From NCBI GenBank assembly GCA_002633005.1, contig NMRA01000539.1, positions 124,001 to 188,000 of the forward strand: a DNA stretch of 64,000 nt. The letters are read 5' to 3'. Below, one piece after another: positions 12,722 through 24,900 of the stretch. The stretch is from Phoronis australis. Its lineage: Eukaryota > Animalia > Phoronida. Under the pieces are notes generated by a model, which did no database searches, was not told the DNA's origin, and saw only the letters and a program-made list of their open reading frames with translations. Positions within the stretch are counted from its first letter, which is position 1; each line of letters begins with the position of its first letter. The translations under genes were made by a program, and so were the position numbers.

Positions 12722-12846
12722 TTTTCATTTTTCACTTCGTTTCTCAGTGCCCCTGTCCCGCCTCATGGTTTCCTTGGTCAGGCGCACTTTTACGCGAAAT
12801 TTCTTACCTTTGGCGCCACTGAACGGTAAAGGCTTGAACTAAAAGA

Positions 12847-13070
12847 TGATGCAAGCTCCACAAAAAGATAGTACTACATTGTCCTCTTTCACAATCGAAA
12901 AGTAAATACTTCTTTGTAACATAATTATCTGATTTTGATATAATAGCGCATTTTTGCTTTAATATTTACATATTTTCTATACTATTTGCACACAAGCAAA
13001 GTGAAAGATGGGTTATGCGCATTAATATATAAACCAACGTAATTGTTTCCGGTGGGGAGTGATTCATTTT
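12847..13070 (+). promoter_or_regulatory. Putative PPP1R15 promoter: C/EBP-ATF (CARE) element, TATA box and Inr-like site
   Basis: TGATGCAAG at 12847-12855 fits the ATF4 CARE consensus TGATGxAAx; TATATAAA at 13026-13033; TCATTT about 30 nt after the TATA box. These are short motifs, so a chance match is possible. Confidence 0.45.
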
Positions 13071-13079
13071 GAACCAGTC

Positions 13080-13349
13080 ATGAGTTCATAAACAGATTCT
13101 TCTTAACAGCGTAAACAAGGAAATATGGAAACAGCGACTAAGTTCTTTGAAGCGAAATTGGACGATCATACAACGGTTTCAAACAGTGGTTACATTCTTT
13201 CAGAGAATTTTACTGGTATAAAGAGTCAAAGACATTGGTATTGGAATTGGTTTGAAAGGTGCCAGAATATTTATTTGCCGCCAGAAATAACTGTTACTGT
13301 GAATGTTATAACGTGTCCTTGTCGGATCGGAGAACCCGACATGGTTTAA
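13080..13349 (+). promoter_or_regulatory. Upstream ORFs in the PPP1R15 5' leader: 3-codon uORF1 (13080-13091) and 74-aa uORF2 (13125-13349)
   Basis: ATG AGT TCA TAA, then aaatATGG opens a 74-codon ORF that ends 30 nt before the main ATG at 13380. PPP1R15 family mRNAs are known to be uORF-regulated. Confidence 0.6.
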
Positions 13350-13379
13350 GTTATCTTAGTTATTGTCTTAAGGACTCCG

Positions 13380-16300
13380 ATGGGAGCTGTGATGGATTTG
13401 TTGAAATCCACTTGTGATATTCATTCCACATGGCCACAATCGAAAAGGCCTCAGGCTCTGTTCAACTCGTGTATCCGACGCGCATGTGCTGGGAATCACG
13501 TATGTGGTGCTACTGATTGGAATTGCATAACCCGAACGCAGGGGGTGATTCAGGAAAAAGCTGTTTCATCAGATTCAAAGTATGGCACTTTTGGCAAAGC
13601 ACAGAAGATAGGACTTCTCAATTTTATTGACTTGCAGTGCCAAGAAAAAGAAAGATTTAGCAATATGGCTGGAGAAATTGTTAAGCGACTTTTGCTAGCC
13701 GGATCGGGCATATTTAGTAGCGAAACTCCATTGAAGGAATTAATACATTCAAGTAAAGTGAAATCTAGTCGAGAAGCAGGCAGTCTGACTGATCTAGCTG
13801 ATAGTGTTCACGAAACCTACTGCATCTCCTGTGAAGAGAAGCAAAATAAGTGGGTACCGGATTACTTTCAGAAATATTTAAAACACCCATTCAGTTATTT
13901 TGTGACTGTGAACTCGCCAGCAAAACGCATGAAAATGGCCAACGGAAGTTACTGTTCTCCGCTCATAACAAACAGATGTTTATACAGTATGTTCACGTCC
14001 GCCGATCATCAGGGAATTGTCAATCCAGTTACCCTGGATGAAAACATAAGCAACTTGTTTCTGGGGTTAAACTTAGCTTCTGAGCTTGTTTCTCCAAACT
14101 CTGACAAAACAGACAAAACTTTGAGAAATGGATTACAGTCAAAGGCTCGAAAACCTGTTGAAAACGGCTTGGGAAATTCTAAACGAGTACCAAGTTCGGC
14201 TGGTGCGAAAAGTCCTGTCTGCCGAAGAATATTGTTTACGGCTTACAATGAACAAGGCGAACGACCTTGTACTTCCGATACATCTGCGAATGTTTTGTTT
14301 CCTGAGAACACTTTTATGAGTAACTGCAAACCTTCTGAGGAAATGAAATCATCAGACGTTAGTGCCGAGAAAAACGTGGACAAAAACTGCAGACGGAAAA
14401 AGGCTCGCCCGTCTTCCAAAAAGCGCCGTAGGCATAAGCAGAAACAAACAAATGTAGCCGTCACTGAGGGAACGTGTAATGGAATAGGTCAAGGTGATGA
14501 GTTAGATAATTTCAGGGACAACATCAAAGTAGAATCCTTACCTGCATGGAATGCCCAGGGTATTAACCATCTCTCCCGGACTAAGCGTCGATGTAGAAAG
14601 ACTAAATCTCCATGTCAAACTGTAAAGTCCGTGTTCACATGCTCTCCAACTAAAAACAATACTCATCTTGCTTTTATATTTACTGTCGACACCGATTCAG
14701 ACCCATCTGACATAAGTATGGATTCGGCAAACGAGGAATTGTGGGACTCGTTCCAGTTTCACTCTGACCCGTACAACCCCATGAACTTCGGGTCTGCAGA
14801 AGTATTCAAGTCGTCTTCCATTCCAGCAATGTCGACGAGATTGGATGATAGCCCTCGTAGATGGAGCTGGTCTCCGTCTTCAAGGAAAGATTACATTCCA
14901 TCTTCGAAAAAGGTATATAACAAAAATAGTAATAACAGTCAAACTGTGTTACAATGACCTCTCCCAGGACTTATCTAACATTTGTTGTAACTGAAATTTG
15001 CTGTGACTAAGTCGAGTTTTACAGTTTGTTGTATTTATAGAATGGAACATTAAAATCAAATATTGTACATGAAAATATTGTGAATTTGTGTTGGAATGCA
15101 GTTTGGTCGTACTCTTCAAGTAGCTTTCTCTCTTAACATTTTCATGGTTCGACATGGGCGAGTTAATGCTTGAAAAAGTGAGTGGAAAAAGTAAAATATG
15201 TGTAGAAAATTGATCTCAGTCGTATGACTTGTATGGGTACCTTGCGTATATTTGGCTTTTTTTTTGGTCGCCACTATTTGCGAGCCCAAATCACTTTTTA
15301 TGAGCTGAGATCTGGAAATATGAGTGCAAGTATGCTGTCATTGGTATTTTCAAGCAGACATGTTCACTTGTGCCGAGCACTGTACTTCTCAAGACTGTTC
15401 ACTGTGACTATTCATTTGGAATCTTCTAGAAATCAGTTGCCACTAAATTCACTTGAACTCTTGTCATTTTGAATTTATTCACTCTGTAATAATTTACTGT
15501 TGTGAGAAATGGTATCATAAAAGGTCTTCCATTGTGTAGTTGCCTCTGCTGCACTCCAACTAGTGTTTCAAGTTTACTAGTTGGTTTCAGTTTTGATTTG
15601 CCCAGCAATTAGTTCTGTATTCACAAAGCTCTCTTTCAAAACAAGAGTGGCTGTCCTGGACCACATTTAGACAACATGGGACACCTGCAGTGGCTATGGC
15701 TCCACTCAATGATTGAACTGTGGTGTGAGACTGGGATGAATTGTTTAGGATTGGCCCAGTCCCAACACTGAGTAAATCCCTGTAGGGGTTGTGTGTGTGT
15801 GACTATCTGCACAACAACACGTCTCAGTCTGTTTACATGTTACTGGTAATAGTTGCTGTGCCAAGGTGCATATGGGTGGCTACTGATAAGCCTTGCTATT
15901 CACATTCCATATGGTTTGATGCAATACATGTTTGGAATGAGTAAGCCAGGTTTGTTTCAATCCCTCAATAAGTTTCACGGAAAGTGCTCATTAGTCAAAA
16001 GCTTGGTGGTATTTGATGTGCATATTTTATATTTAAAAGTGTTATTTTGGAGGCAATAATTGCACTAATTCACAATTATTGTGCATTGTTAAGTTTGTTA
16101 AAAATGATTTATGGCATACTCCCTCTTAACTCCAAATGAGGTTGATAGAGGGAGTTGGTGATGCCTTAGACATTCTTAAATGTTCACATTGTTTCAATAT
16201 TTTGCTTTTTCCAACAGGTTCATTTTGCCAGAGAGGAGAGTCTGGTGACTGAGCACTCGTGCATCAGTTTGGATGAAGAACGTAAAGGACCGTGGGAAGA

Positions 16301-16433
16301 ACTGGCAAGGGATCGCTGCCGATTTGAGCGAAGAATCGAGGCAGTGGAGAACGCCATTGGATACTGTCTACAGAATGACCACCGCCATAAAATCCTGTGC
16401 AGGTTAAACCATACAGAGATTGAGAGTGACTGA
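13380..16433 (+). CDS. PPP1R15: Protein phosphatase 1 regulatory subunit 15 (GADD34/CReP family eIF2alpha phosphatase targeting subunit), about 582 aa
   Basis: Exon 13380-14912 (AAG|GTATAT) spliced to 16218-16433 (CAACAG|GTT) creates KK/VHF (the RVxF PP1 motif), followed by [30 protein letters not shown]. Exon 1 also has ELWDSF...DPYNPMNF, typical of PPP1R15B-like proteins. Confidence 0.93.
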
Positions 16434-16499
16434 GTTCCAAGTTAAACAATCTTGAAGTGGTACTAACCATGACAGCACAAGCACACTAACACCTCCAGA

Positions 16500-16950
16500 A
16501 GGGAGCGTTCACATATTACACCACCACACGAGGGGGGATATGATGCTTTCTAACGCTTCCTGGACTTAACTTCAATTATTGTACATTATATTTTCCTAAT
16601 CAACAGAAAAAAATTGGGGGGAGGGGGTTTGGAAGGATGACAGGGGGAGGGGGGTCGTGACATCATCATCTGGTTTAATAGAACAGCCCCAACACAGTTC
16701 ACGTCATAGGAAAACTTATGTCCGCCTTTTCACAGTTCCAAGAATTATCAAAATTTTCAATTGGCTGATCTTATAAACATGCATGCAGACAAATGATCAA
16801 TCCACTCCTTCACTGCCCAAATGGGGGGGTGGGGGTGGTGACTGTAATGACGTAATTAGCGGCTGGACAGGGTTGGTTACCTCATGATGATGGGGGAGGA
16901 GGGGGTAAAAGGTATACAATTTTAGATGATGTAATATATAAAGGCTCCTT
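16500..16950. mobile_element. Decayed MITE(s) just downstream of the PPP1R15 stop
   Basis: GGGAGCGTTCACATATTACA at the left and TGTAATATATAAAGGCTCCT at the right form an imperfect inverted pair; G-run-rich interior; a second terminus-like motif (GAACAGCCCC) near 16690. Confidence 0.5.
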
Positions 16951-17098
16951 AACTATTAACGATAAAACTCACAACCCGAGCAGGAGATTTTATTGAGTAC
17001 GGCGAAATGAGAGTTACCTAAAAGGTGGAGTGCATGGATTACAACTGTATCGTGGAACTTTGTTGGAAGCCAGTTAAGATCCACCTTGAGCTGGTACG

Positions 17099-17999
17099 CC
17101 TTATGGGATTTTTACTGTGCAAACAAATTGTCTCTATTAAGCATACTGTGGCCATAAATGAATGGTCAAGGCGTTTTTGCCGGTCACCAAGCGCAGCACA
17201 GAGTTTATTGCTAAGCAGTACAACGAAAGAGGGTCGATCCCATGGAGAAGAGCTTAGTTGATCCCTATTGTCTTTCAAGTGTTCTGTGAAAATTCTGCAA
17301 TTTTGCCAGTTGTTTTCTTGTAATAACTAGACAAATAGCTGCTTTGATGATGGATTTTTAAATAAAGTTCTCCTTTTGACTGGCATACGCAAACAGTATA
17401 AGAATTGCCAGGTATAGGGTAAGTTATTGTAATAGTTGATATTTTTTGAAAATAAATGTTTAATATCAGAAATGATCTATAAGTGTTGTGTTTGTGTTGT
17501 GATGATCAGAAACAAAATATGCTCAGTTAATCAATAGGATCTATGTACAATNCCTTACGGGATTTTTACTGTGCAAACAAATTGTCTCTATTAAGGATAC
17601 TGTGGCCATAAATGGTCAAGGCGTTTTTGCCGGTCACCAAGCGCAGCACAGTTTATTGCTATGCAGTACAACGAAAGAGGGTCGATCCCATGTAGAAGAG
17701 CTTAGTTGATCCCTATTGTCTTTCAAGTGTTCTGTGAAAATTCTGCAATTTTGCCAGTTGTTTTCTTGTAATAACTAGACAAATAGCTGCTTTGATGATG
17801 GATTTTTAAATAAAGTTCTCCTTTTGACTGGCATACGCAAACAGTATAAGAATTGCCAGGTATAGGGTAAGTTATTGTAATAGTTGATATTTTTTGAAAA
17901 TAAATGTTTAATATCAGAAATGATCTATAAGTGTTGTGTTTGTGTTGTGATGATCAGAAACAAAATATGCTCAGTTAATCAATAGGATCTATGTACAAT
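17099..17999. repeat. About 450-bp near-identical direct duplication across N at 17552 (probable allelic assembly artefact)
   Basis: 17099-17551 and 17553-17999 differ only by a few SNPs and small indels. Confidence 0.85.
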
Positions 18000-20900
18000 G
18001 AATAGGTCAGGTCAAAGTTGTCCACTTGGAATTGATCATGTTGGCCTAAGCAAATCAATACACATTTGCAGTCAATGGAATCGAATCGGTTAACGACGCA
18101 ACAGTAAAAATAAGAATAACCATTTCCTAGATAAAAATACAAACATTCCAGTGAAAAACAGGTTTTCCACCATTGTGCAGGATGTCGTTTCACTTTCTGT
18201 TGTGTATAAAGGTTTTGACTGATTAAAATCTTTCCTAGGGTACTGAAAGAATTCTTGCATGCCTCACTGCATTACACATAAATACCTTTGAGCAAGGAGA
18301 TATTACAACTGTCAAAGCGATGTGCGTTGTGTTAGAAAACATCTTGGCTCTCTGCCATGAACAACTGTCTCTGATGTGTCACCTGTGCATCACTGTGTCG
18401 TTAAATATTTAAAGATGTATTTACTCTGGCTGGTTAAATACAAGAATTGAATTGGGGCTTTTACTCTCATCAAATTGGGCCTTGTACTCTCATCAAATTG
18501 GGTCTTGTAGTATTCCTTGCTGCATTAGTATTCTATTCCCATCACCAACAAGATCATCCTAAAATTGTGAATTCGAAAATGGTACCTGTGACTTGAGTTG
18601 ACAACGGGAATAGAACCCTGTTGTGGTGTTAGGAATATTATTAGACCGATTTTTATGAGACTTATAAGGCCCAATTCAATTTTTAGCTAGCTAAACGGTG
18701 CGGAAAGCGGTTATGAAGGCAAAAATTGAAACAAGTATTCAGTAGAGACTATTGTGTTACAATAACAAAAACTTGAATATTGATTCTTCGGTATCAGAAA
18801 GCTTGCATTGCTATTTTTTGCCAGAAGTGTTTTGTGTTGACACAACCAGGCTATAAAGATGAATAGTGACTATGTTTGCATCACCTTAAACGCACTTTTT
18901 GATAAGTTAAAGAAATAAAACTGAAGGAATAGGAATCAATCGTTTGTTGGTTTCCATGCATTTTCCACTGGAATTGCAACTTGTCAGTCATTTTTCCAAG
19001 TTTGCTTTGTTCAGTAGTAGTGGGACGATTTCTGTACTATTTTCACTGACTCCAATAAAAGTAGGTCAATTTATCAGTGTTTGAAGACGCAGGGTAAAGA
19101 TTGTGTGATTTAGCAAGGTGGCAGAAGTCTGCCTGAGAGACAAGATAGTGTATGCCCATGTCAGTGACCAGTAAATTTTTGTATTCCGAAAGGAATTCCA
19201 AATCTGTTGTTCTCAGCATGTAATGGAGCGTAGAAATATTCCCAGTGTCAAGTGAAAATAGACAGTTTCATAAATGTCACATACCAGTAAATACACTGTT
19301 TATTTCGCCATAAAATGCAATTAAGTGAAAATAAAAATTAAGCCAGTTTCCTCTCCTGCAGCTCATCGTAAAATATGTCCAGAGACTCGAAAATTATATT
19401 TTTAGTTGGAAGTTATACAAAAATATTTTTGGGAAAATTAACATATACAGACAATCAAAAATGAAAAATACATCACTTTTCATGAAACAGAGCATGATTT
19501 ACGATGACTGGTGCCACGCAGTTACACCAAAATGGCAAATGTTCAGTAGTGAGAGATTCCATGACTACAAGGTAATGCTACCGAAGAACAGGTTCCATTT
19601 TTATTACAATAGAACTCGCTTTAGTCAAATCCAACCTGACCAGGAGATTTCATCTCAGCAGAGCGAAATCCAACTTTTCCTGAGTGCAGGAACTGGAATC
19701 GTACCGCAGAACTTTGTCTGAGTTCAGTGAAAATGCGACTTACGCAAGATTTACGATTAAGTGAACAGACCGAGAACAAGAATCCTTTCAACAGAAAGGT
19801 TACCTTTGATAAGGGTACCTGCATGCATGCTCTTCACACATTGCTTTGTTTCGCTAACGCCACCTTGTGAAAATCAGTCGGGTAATTCTCAAGTTATGCC
19901 TGGGCTTGCCAAAATGTATATAAAATTACATTAAATTTACTATCACATGTCCACTGCACCATAGAAGGCCAAGGCATAAAATCTGAAGTTCAAGGTCCTG
20001 ACTGAATTGTTTAACGCAAGTAATGAAGGCTATTTGACCTTTTCATAACACAAGGTGGAGGCAAAGAAAAATGTTTATTTTAAATACAAGCGTACTAATT
20101 TCAGACAAAAATGATTGTTAAAATTAATCTCATTTTTCAAAGCCTTCTAATGTTGTTGCGAACGTCCACAGTTTCTAAAAATGTGATGGCAACTACTGTA
20201 TGATACACAACTTAAAAATGTTAAACCGTTTGGTTTGTGCCACTTCTCAGTTGTGAAAAAATGGAGAAATAAAAACTCCACTTTTCAGTCGTATTCTGTC
20301 CTAAATTGGTGAGGCTTTACCTCATCAACATATTATTAAATGGATGTTACAGAGAGATCAGACGTGCAATCTTAACAATAGGACATCTGGCCCAGTGTCT
20401 AATCTTCGTACTCAAAATCAAACTGATTATTTTTGGAATTTTGTATTGTACTAATTTGTGTTAACTCTAGATAAGTGTCCATTATTCCATGGTTGAATAT
20501 ATTATGACAAACTTTCTTATTCTAATTTGCACTTAATGACCCCAGCATTAAGACTAAAGATTCGAGTCTGTAGTTTGAATTTAGAGGTCTTCAAGAGCGA
20601 ATTTAGACTAGACACTCGTGCGAAAACAATAATATACTCAAACACAGAATAATAGACACCTATCTCAAGTTCGAAAAAAGTGGAACTGAAAATAATTTTG
20701 AGTTTGATTTCAAGTACAAAGATTAAACCCCAGTCCCTGATCAGACGCTAACATTCAGTTTTCACAAAGGTGTCCTATCTACCACCTTACAAGTAATTAA
20801 CATATTATACAAAATGCTAATATTCTGGTCAATAATGCATGACCACCTAGGGTGGAAAGAAGCCTAAACACAAATCATGTCACAGAAATTTAGGCCTCTC

Positions 20901-21908
20901 ATAAGAAGTCGTATCTGCCATCAGACTTGTGAACACTGTATAAGAATTTCAACTTCATCACAATGACTTGTAGTGCGCACAGTGCTATCTATCAACATTC
21001 CAGTTATGTAGCGATGTGGTCATATACTGATAACAGCTGATTTTGGAAAATTTTACAAGTGAACAATATGAAGAAATACCAGCCAATCTTACATAATTTA
21101 ACACAGCTACACGATTATATGTTAATACACCATGAACAAATGATAAGCAAGCTCCAGTGGAAGACTTGATATTTACAAAATATTGCGTCAAGACTGGTTC
21201 CTCTTCTTTACTTGAATAACGAACTGTACACCAACACTGAGGCATTCCTGAGCTAAGAAGCCTATGTGATAACCTGCATATATGAACATAGCGAGCATCT
21301 TGTGAGAAGCGATACCCTGGTTTTCCACTTTTAAAAAAAGAGAAATATGTTTTAATAAACACAACAGTCCATTTTTATGTTCTGTAAATTATCAACTTCC
21401 ATTTTACAATTTCAATGCAATAACTTGAAACTGATTTGGGAATTGAGATAATTTTCTGCTGAATTACACCGCAGCTCGGTTTTATCGATAACTTACTACG
21501 TGCAAAACCTTCAGATGGAATGAACTACTTGAACATGTCTGCTGCAAAACTATTGCCAAACAATTTGTGGCAAGAACTTGTCGAATTTGATCGATATTAA
21601 ACCAAGATATCTACTACTGAAATATTGAAATTTTGTTTGTTCAAAATCTCTACTTCTGTAGAAGTCATATTCTGTAAATTCCATATGATTTCCGTCATCA
21701 CGGAAAACCAAGGTATCTAGGTGAGATCACGCAAATATTTGCGAGATTTCGCCATACATCACAAGTAATGCACAAGATGGCGCTAGCGTCAACTCGCTAG
21801 TATCATGAATCGCATAACTGGCCACAAGTAAGAACGCCATCTGACTTAAGACAACAATAAATTTCGTTTGTTGACCTTAACCTCTCTGTCCACATTCTAG
21901 TTCCATGA

Positions 21909-24900
21909 TCAAGATGAGATAGAGGGCGCTCTGTATTCTTCCAACTCCTCGAAATGTCTTTTTTTCGATAACAATTTCAGCGACATTGTATCCATTGCCT
22001 CTTCAACACCGTCCTTCGAGCTGATATTCACGTTATAACTGTTAGCCTGAAACGTTAATGCCAATAACGTTAGCAAAATTAAACTTAAATTTTCACGGCA
22101 GCGATCCAATGAAAAATCGGCGCCGCTAGATGTGATGCGAACGCAATGGGGTTTTACAGCATTTTTTAATTTGTCGCAGTTATCAGGCCATCAAATTACC
22201 GTTATTCAGCGAAATGTTAAAATGAGTTGAGAGCAAAAATGCAAACTGAAAAACAAGCAAAAGCAGTTGAATGACAATGAAAAATTGCCAGTAAAAACTC
22301 AAATACATGTAGGACTGTTAGAAATTTCGCAAGTTGCAGAGCGGAAGAAATTTCTTGAAAATATTTTTTTTGAAAACTAGTATGTATTACTGACTACAGT
22401 GCATATACTGCCGAATAAATCAAGCATTTAATTTGGAGCGCATATGCTCTTAATGTTTTNGAAGTTACACAATGTTCCTATTTTAATGATGTCTCTCAAT
22501 AAATGTTCTGAGTTTTAATGCGTGGAAATAAAGGAAACGTTGTCTAAAGCTTTACAAGCAATTTTATTGAACAATGCTCCACGAGAGAACTAAAACTATC
22601 GGCTTCACGCAACCCCAATAGTCTACAATATGCTTTTAAAATTAAATGAGTTGGGAAGATAAACACGGGCCACTTCTGTTAGGATGTTGTTAAATAAATA
22701 TGGTTTTGGGTTTGTTTGGTTTGAACAAGGCGTCGAATGCGAAGAATTATTCCTAAATACTTTTGAACGAAGAGTCAAGGATTGCTCTTTGCAAGAATGG
22801 AACACAGAAGTGCAAAATAATTTAAAATTGTGTACATATTCACTTTTCAAAACGACGTTTAACTTTGAAACATATTTTTCATTCAAGTTACCACGCTGCT
22901 TTATCAGTTCCTTTGCATGATCCTGTTGTTCAAACCACAGACTGATGGTCGAAGTAGGTCGACAGTTATCAATCGATGAAGACCTCCGAATATGTTCTTT
23001 ATGTACACAGAGCCTTGGATATAATTTTATTGAGGATGAATATCACTTTATTTATAAATGTCCATTTTACGATGATTTGAGAATTAGAATGTTACCTAGA
23101 ATATATTGGACCAATCCGACTAATCGTGAAAACTTCTGATCCCAGTGTGCTTAAAAACGTAATCAAATTTGTATATCATGCTTCTGTTTTAAGACAAAAA
23201 CTACTTGCCGATTGAAACTACTTTATTTAGGGTATTTTGTCGTTGTGTTTGATATAAGTACCATGTCTAATGGCCTTGAGAATGAATAAACATTCAATAG
23301 AGTGAATTCACAATTTTAACCCTGTCTTACACAAACTAAAATGATCCGTAAAGCAATATTATTACAATAAATAAGAATTATAAGATATTCATTATTAATG
23401 GTCATTTTCCAACGCAGCGGTGACATGATGAAATTTACCATGTCGCTAGATGGAGTTAGTGTAGTTGGCAGACAGCCTTTTGCATTCTTGTATGTACTTA
23501 ATGCAGTGGGGCATTTCAGTTTTTACAAATTCTATGTAACCGTCAAATTGCCACAGTGACTGTTAACCAGTGGTGTTTTCAAACAATAGACAAAAATGTC
23601 CAACTCCTTAAAATGTCCGTGAATGAAAGTAATTGCACTTCGTCTCCTGTCAATTCAGTCCATCTTGAACGCCTGATTTAGAAATTGATTCAAGTGAAGT
23701 ATCCGCTTCCACAACACTAAAGACTTGTAAACAGAATGTTTCCTACTAATTAACAAATAACTTGATAAACACTTCTACTCACCAGCTGTAGGGTTGCCAG
23801 GAACAGCCTACACACAGTGAACTTTGCCCTGTTTTTCGCCACTTCCTGGAATGCTGTGATTTTGTTGGAGTCTCCAAGACAGTCCAACACCATGGTACCG
23901 TACTTGTGGATGTCAAATGGTTCACGCTCGTCCTGGATAATCACAGAGTGTTCAGTAGTTAATGTAACTATGTTGGAGATATTTCAGAATATCACCTCAA
24001 GGTGAACATTGAAAAATTGGTTCAAGTGGACTTATGCATGTTGCAGCAGACGTCCGCAGGCCGCTCATCAGGGTCAACTAGACCGAACATCCGAATCCAT
24101 TATTAATTTATTAATATACACATAACACACATTGGCATGGAGACAAATTAAGACAAAGCGAAGGAGCTAGAGACCTGACTGATGGGTCTAGCAGTGGGAT
24201 CCAGTGAGTATTTACAACCGTAAGAACAGGATGCAAACACTCAACCCACTAGGCCACACTGCCTCCTCCAGTGGGGGGGGCATTAGGTAGATGGCATTTT
24301 CGAGATTAAAAGTAAAAACCAAATATATGCAATGAAGAACATAAGTCTGGGAGTAGCAATACTTTACGTAACGTTTTATTGGAAAGTTCTAAGAAGTTTT
24401 CTCAATAGGTATCCAGACTCAGTGAAACTGGGGAAAAATCTAAGACGCCACCCTGCACATTTTCCTAGCTTTACTAACTTTAGAAAATTTTTGGTAGATG
24501 TCTGCTTGCCTACACTAACTGAATTTATATTTGTCTGGTGGAAAAACAGAAATTTCTAATAGGATATAACAGAGTCATTGCAGGCACGGAATCTTTACAA
24601 GATTGTGAATTGAAATCCCACAATGCAATAATATATCCTGCAAACTGATCTGGTATTTCCTAAAAGCTTGGAATAAGAAAACAAAAAATATCACAAAACG
24701 TGAGTGTGTCTGTGAACTTAAAGCACACAAGATTGAGGTGGCATGTACCCTTCATCAATAAACGCGAAAGTTATTGACTGAGCGCTGGCTACAAAGATAT
24801 ATATCTGACACCAAGTCCGTACAAATAGTACAAAAATTGCCCTTTTTCATTTGATAAGTGCTTCTAACGTTGCTGTGAATGCGCACTATTTTTCTGAGTA

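Noticed and set aside
17099-17999. Tandem duplication downstream of PPP1R15 with repeated polyA signals
   Set aside because: Near-identical copies joined at an N; most simply an assembly overlap.
18449-18510. Short ~23-bp tandem repeats as a CRISPR-like array
   Set aside because: No spacers, under three copies and eukaryotic context; an ordinary minisatellite.
20985-21362. 125-aa minus-strand ORF downstream of NCAPH2 (position where human has SCO2)
   Set aside because: No SCO CxxxC motif or other recognisable domain; probably UTR or intergenic.
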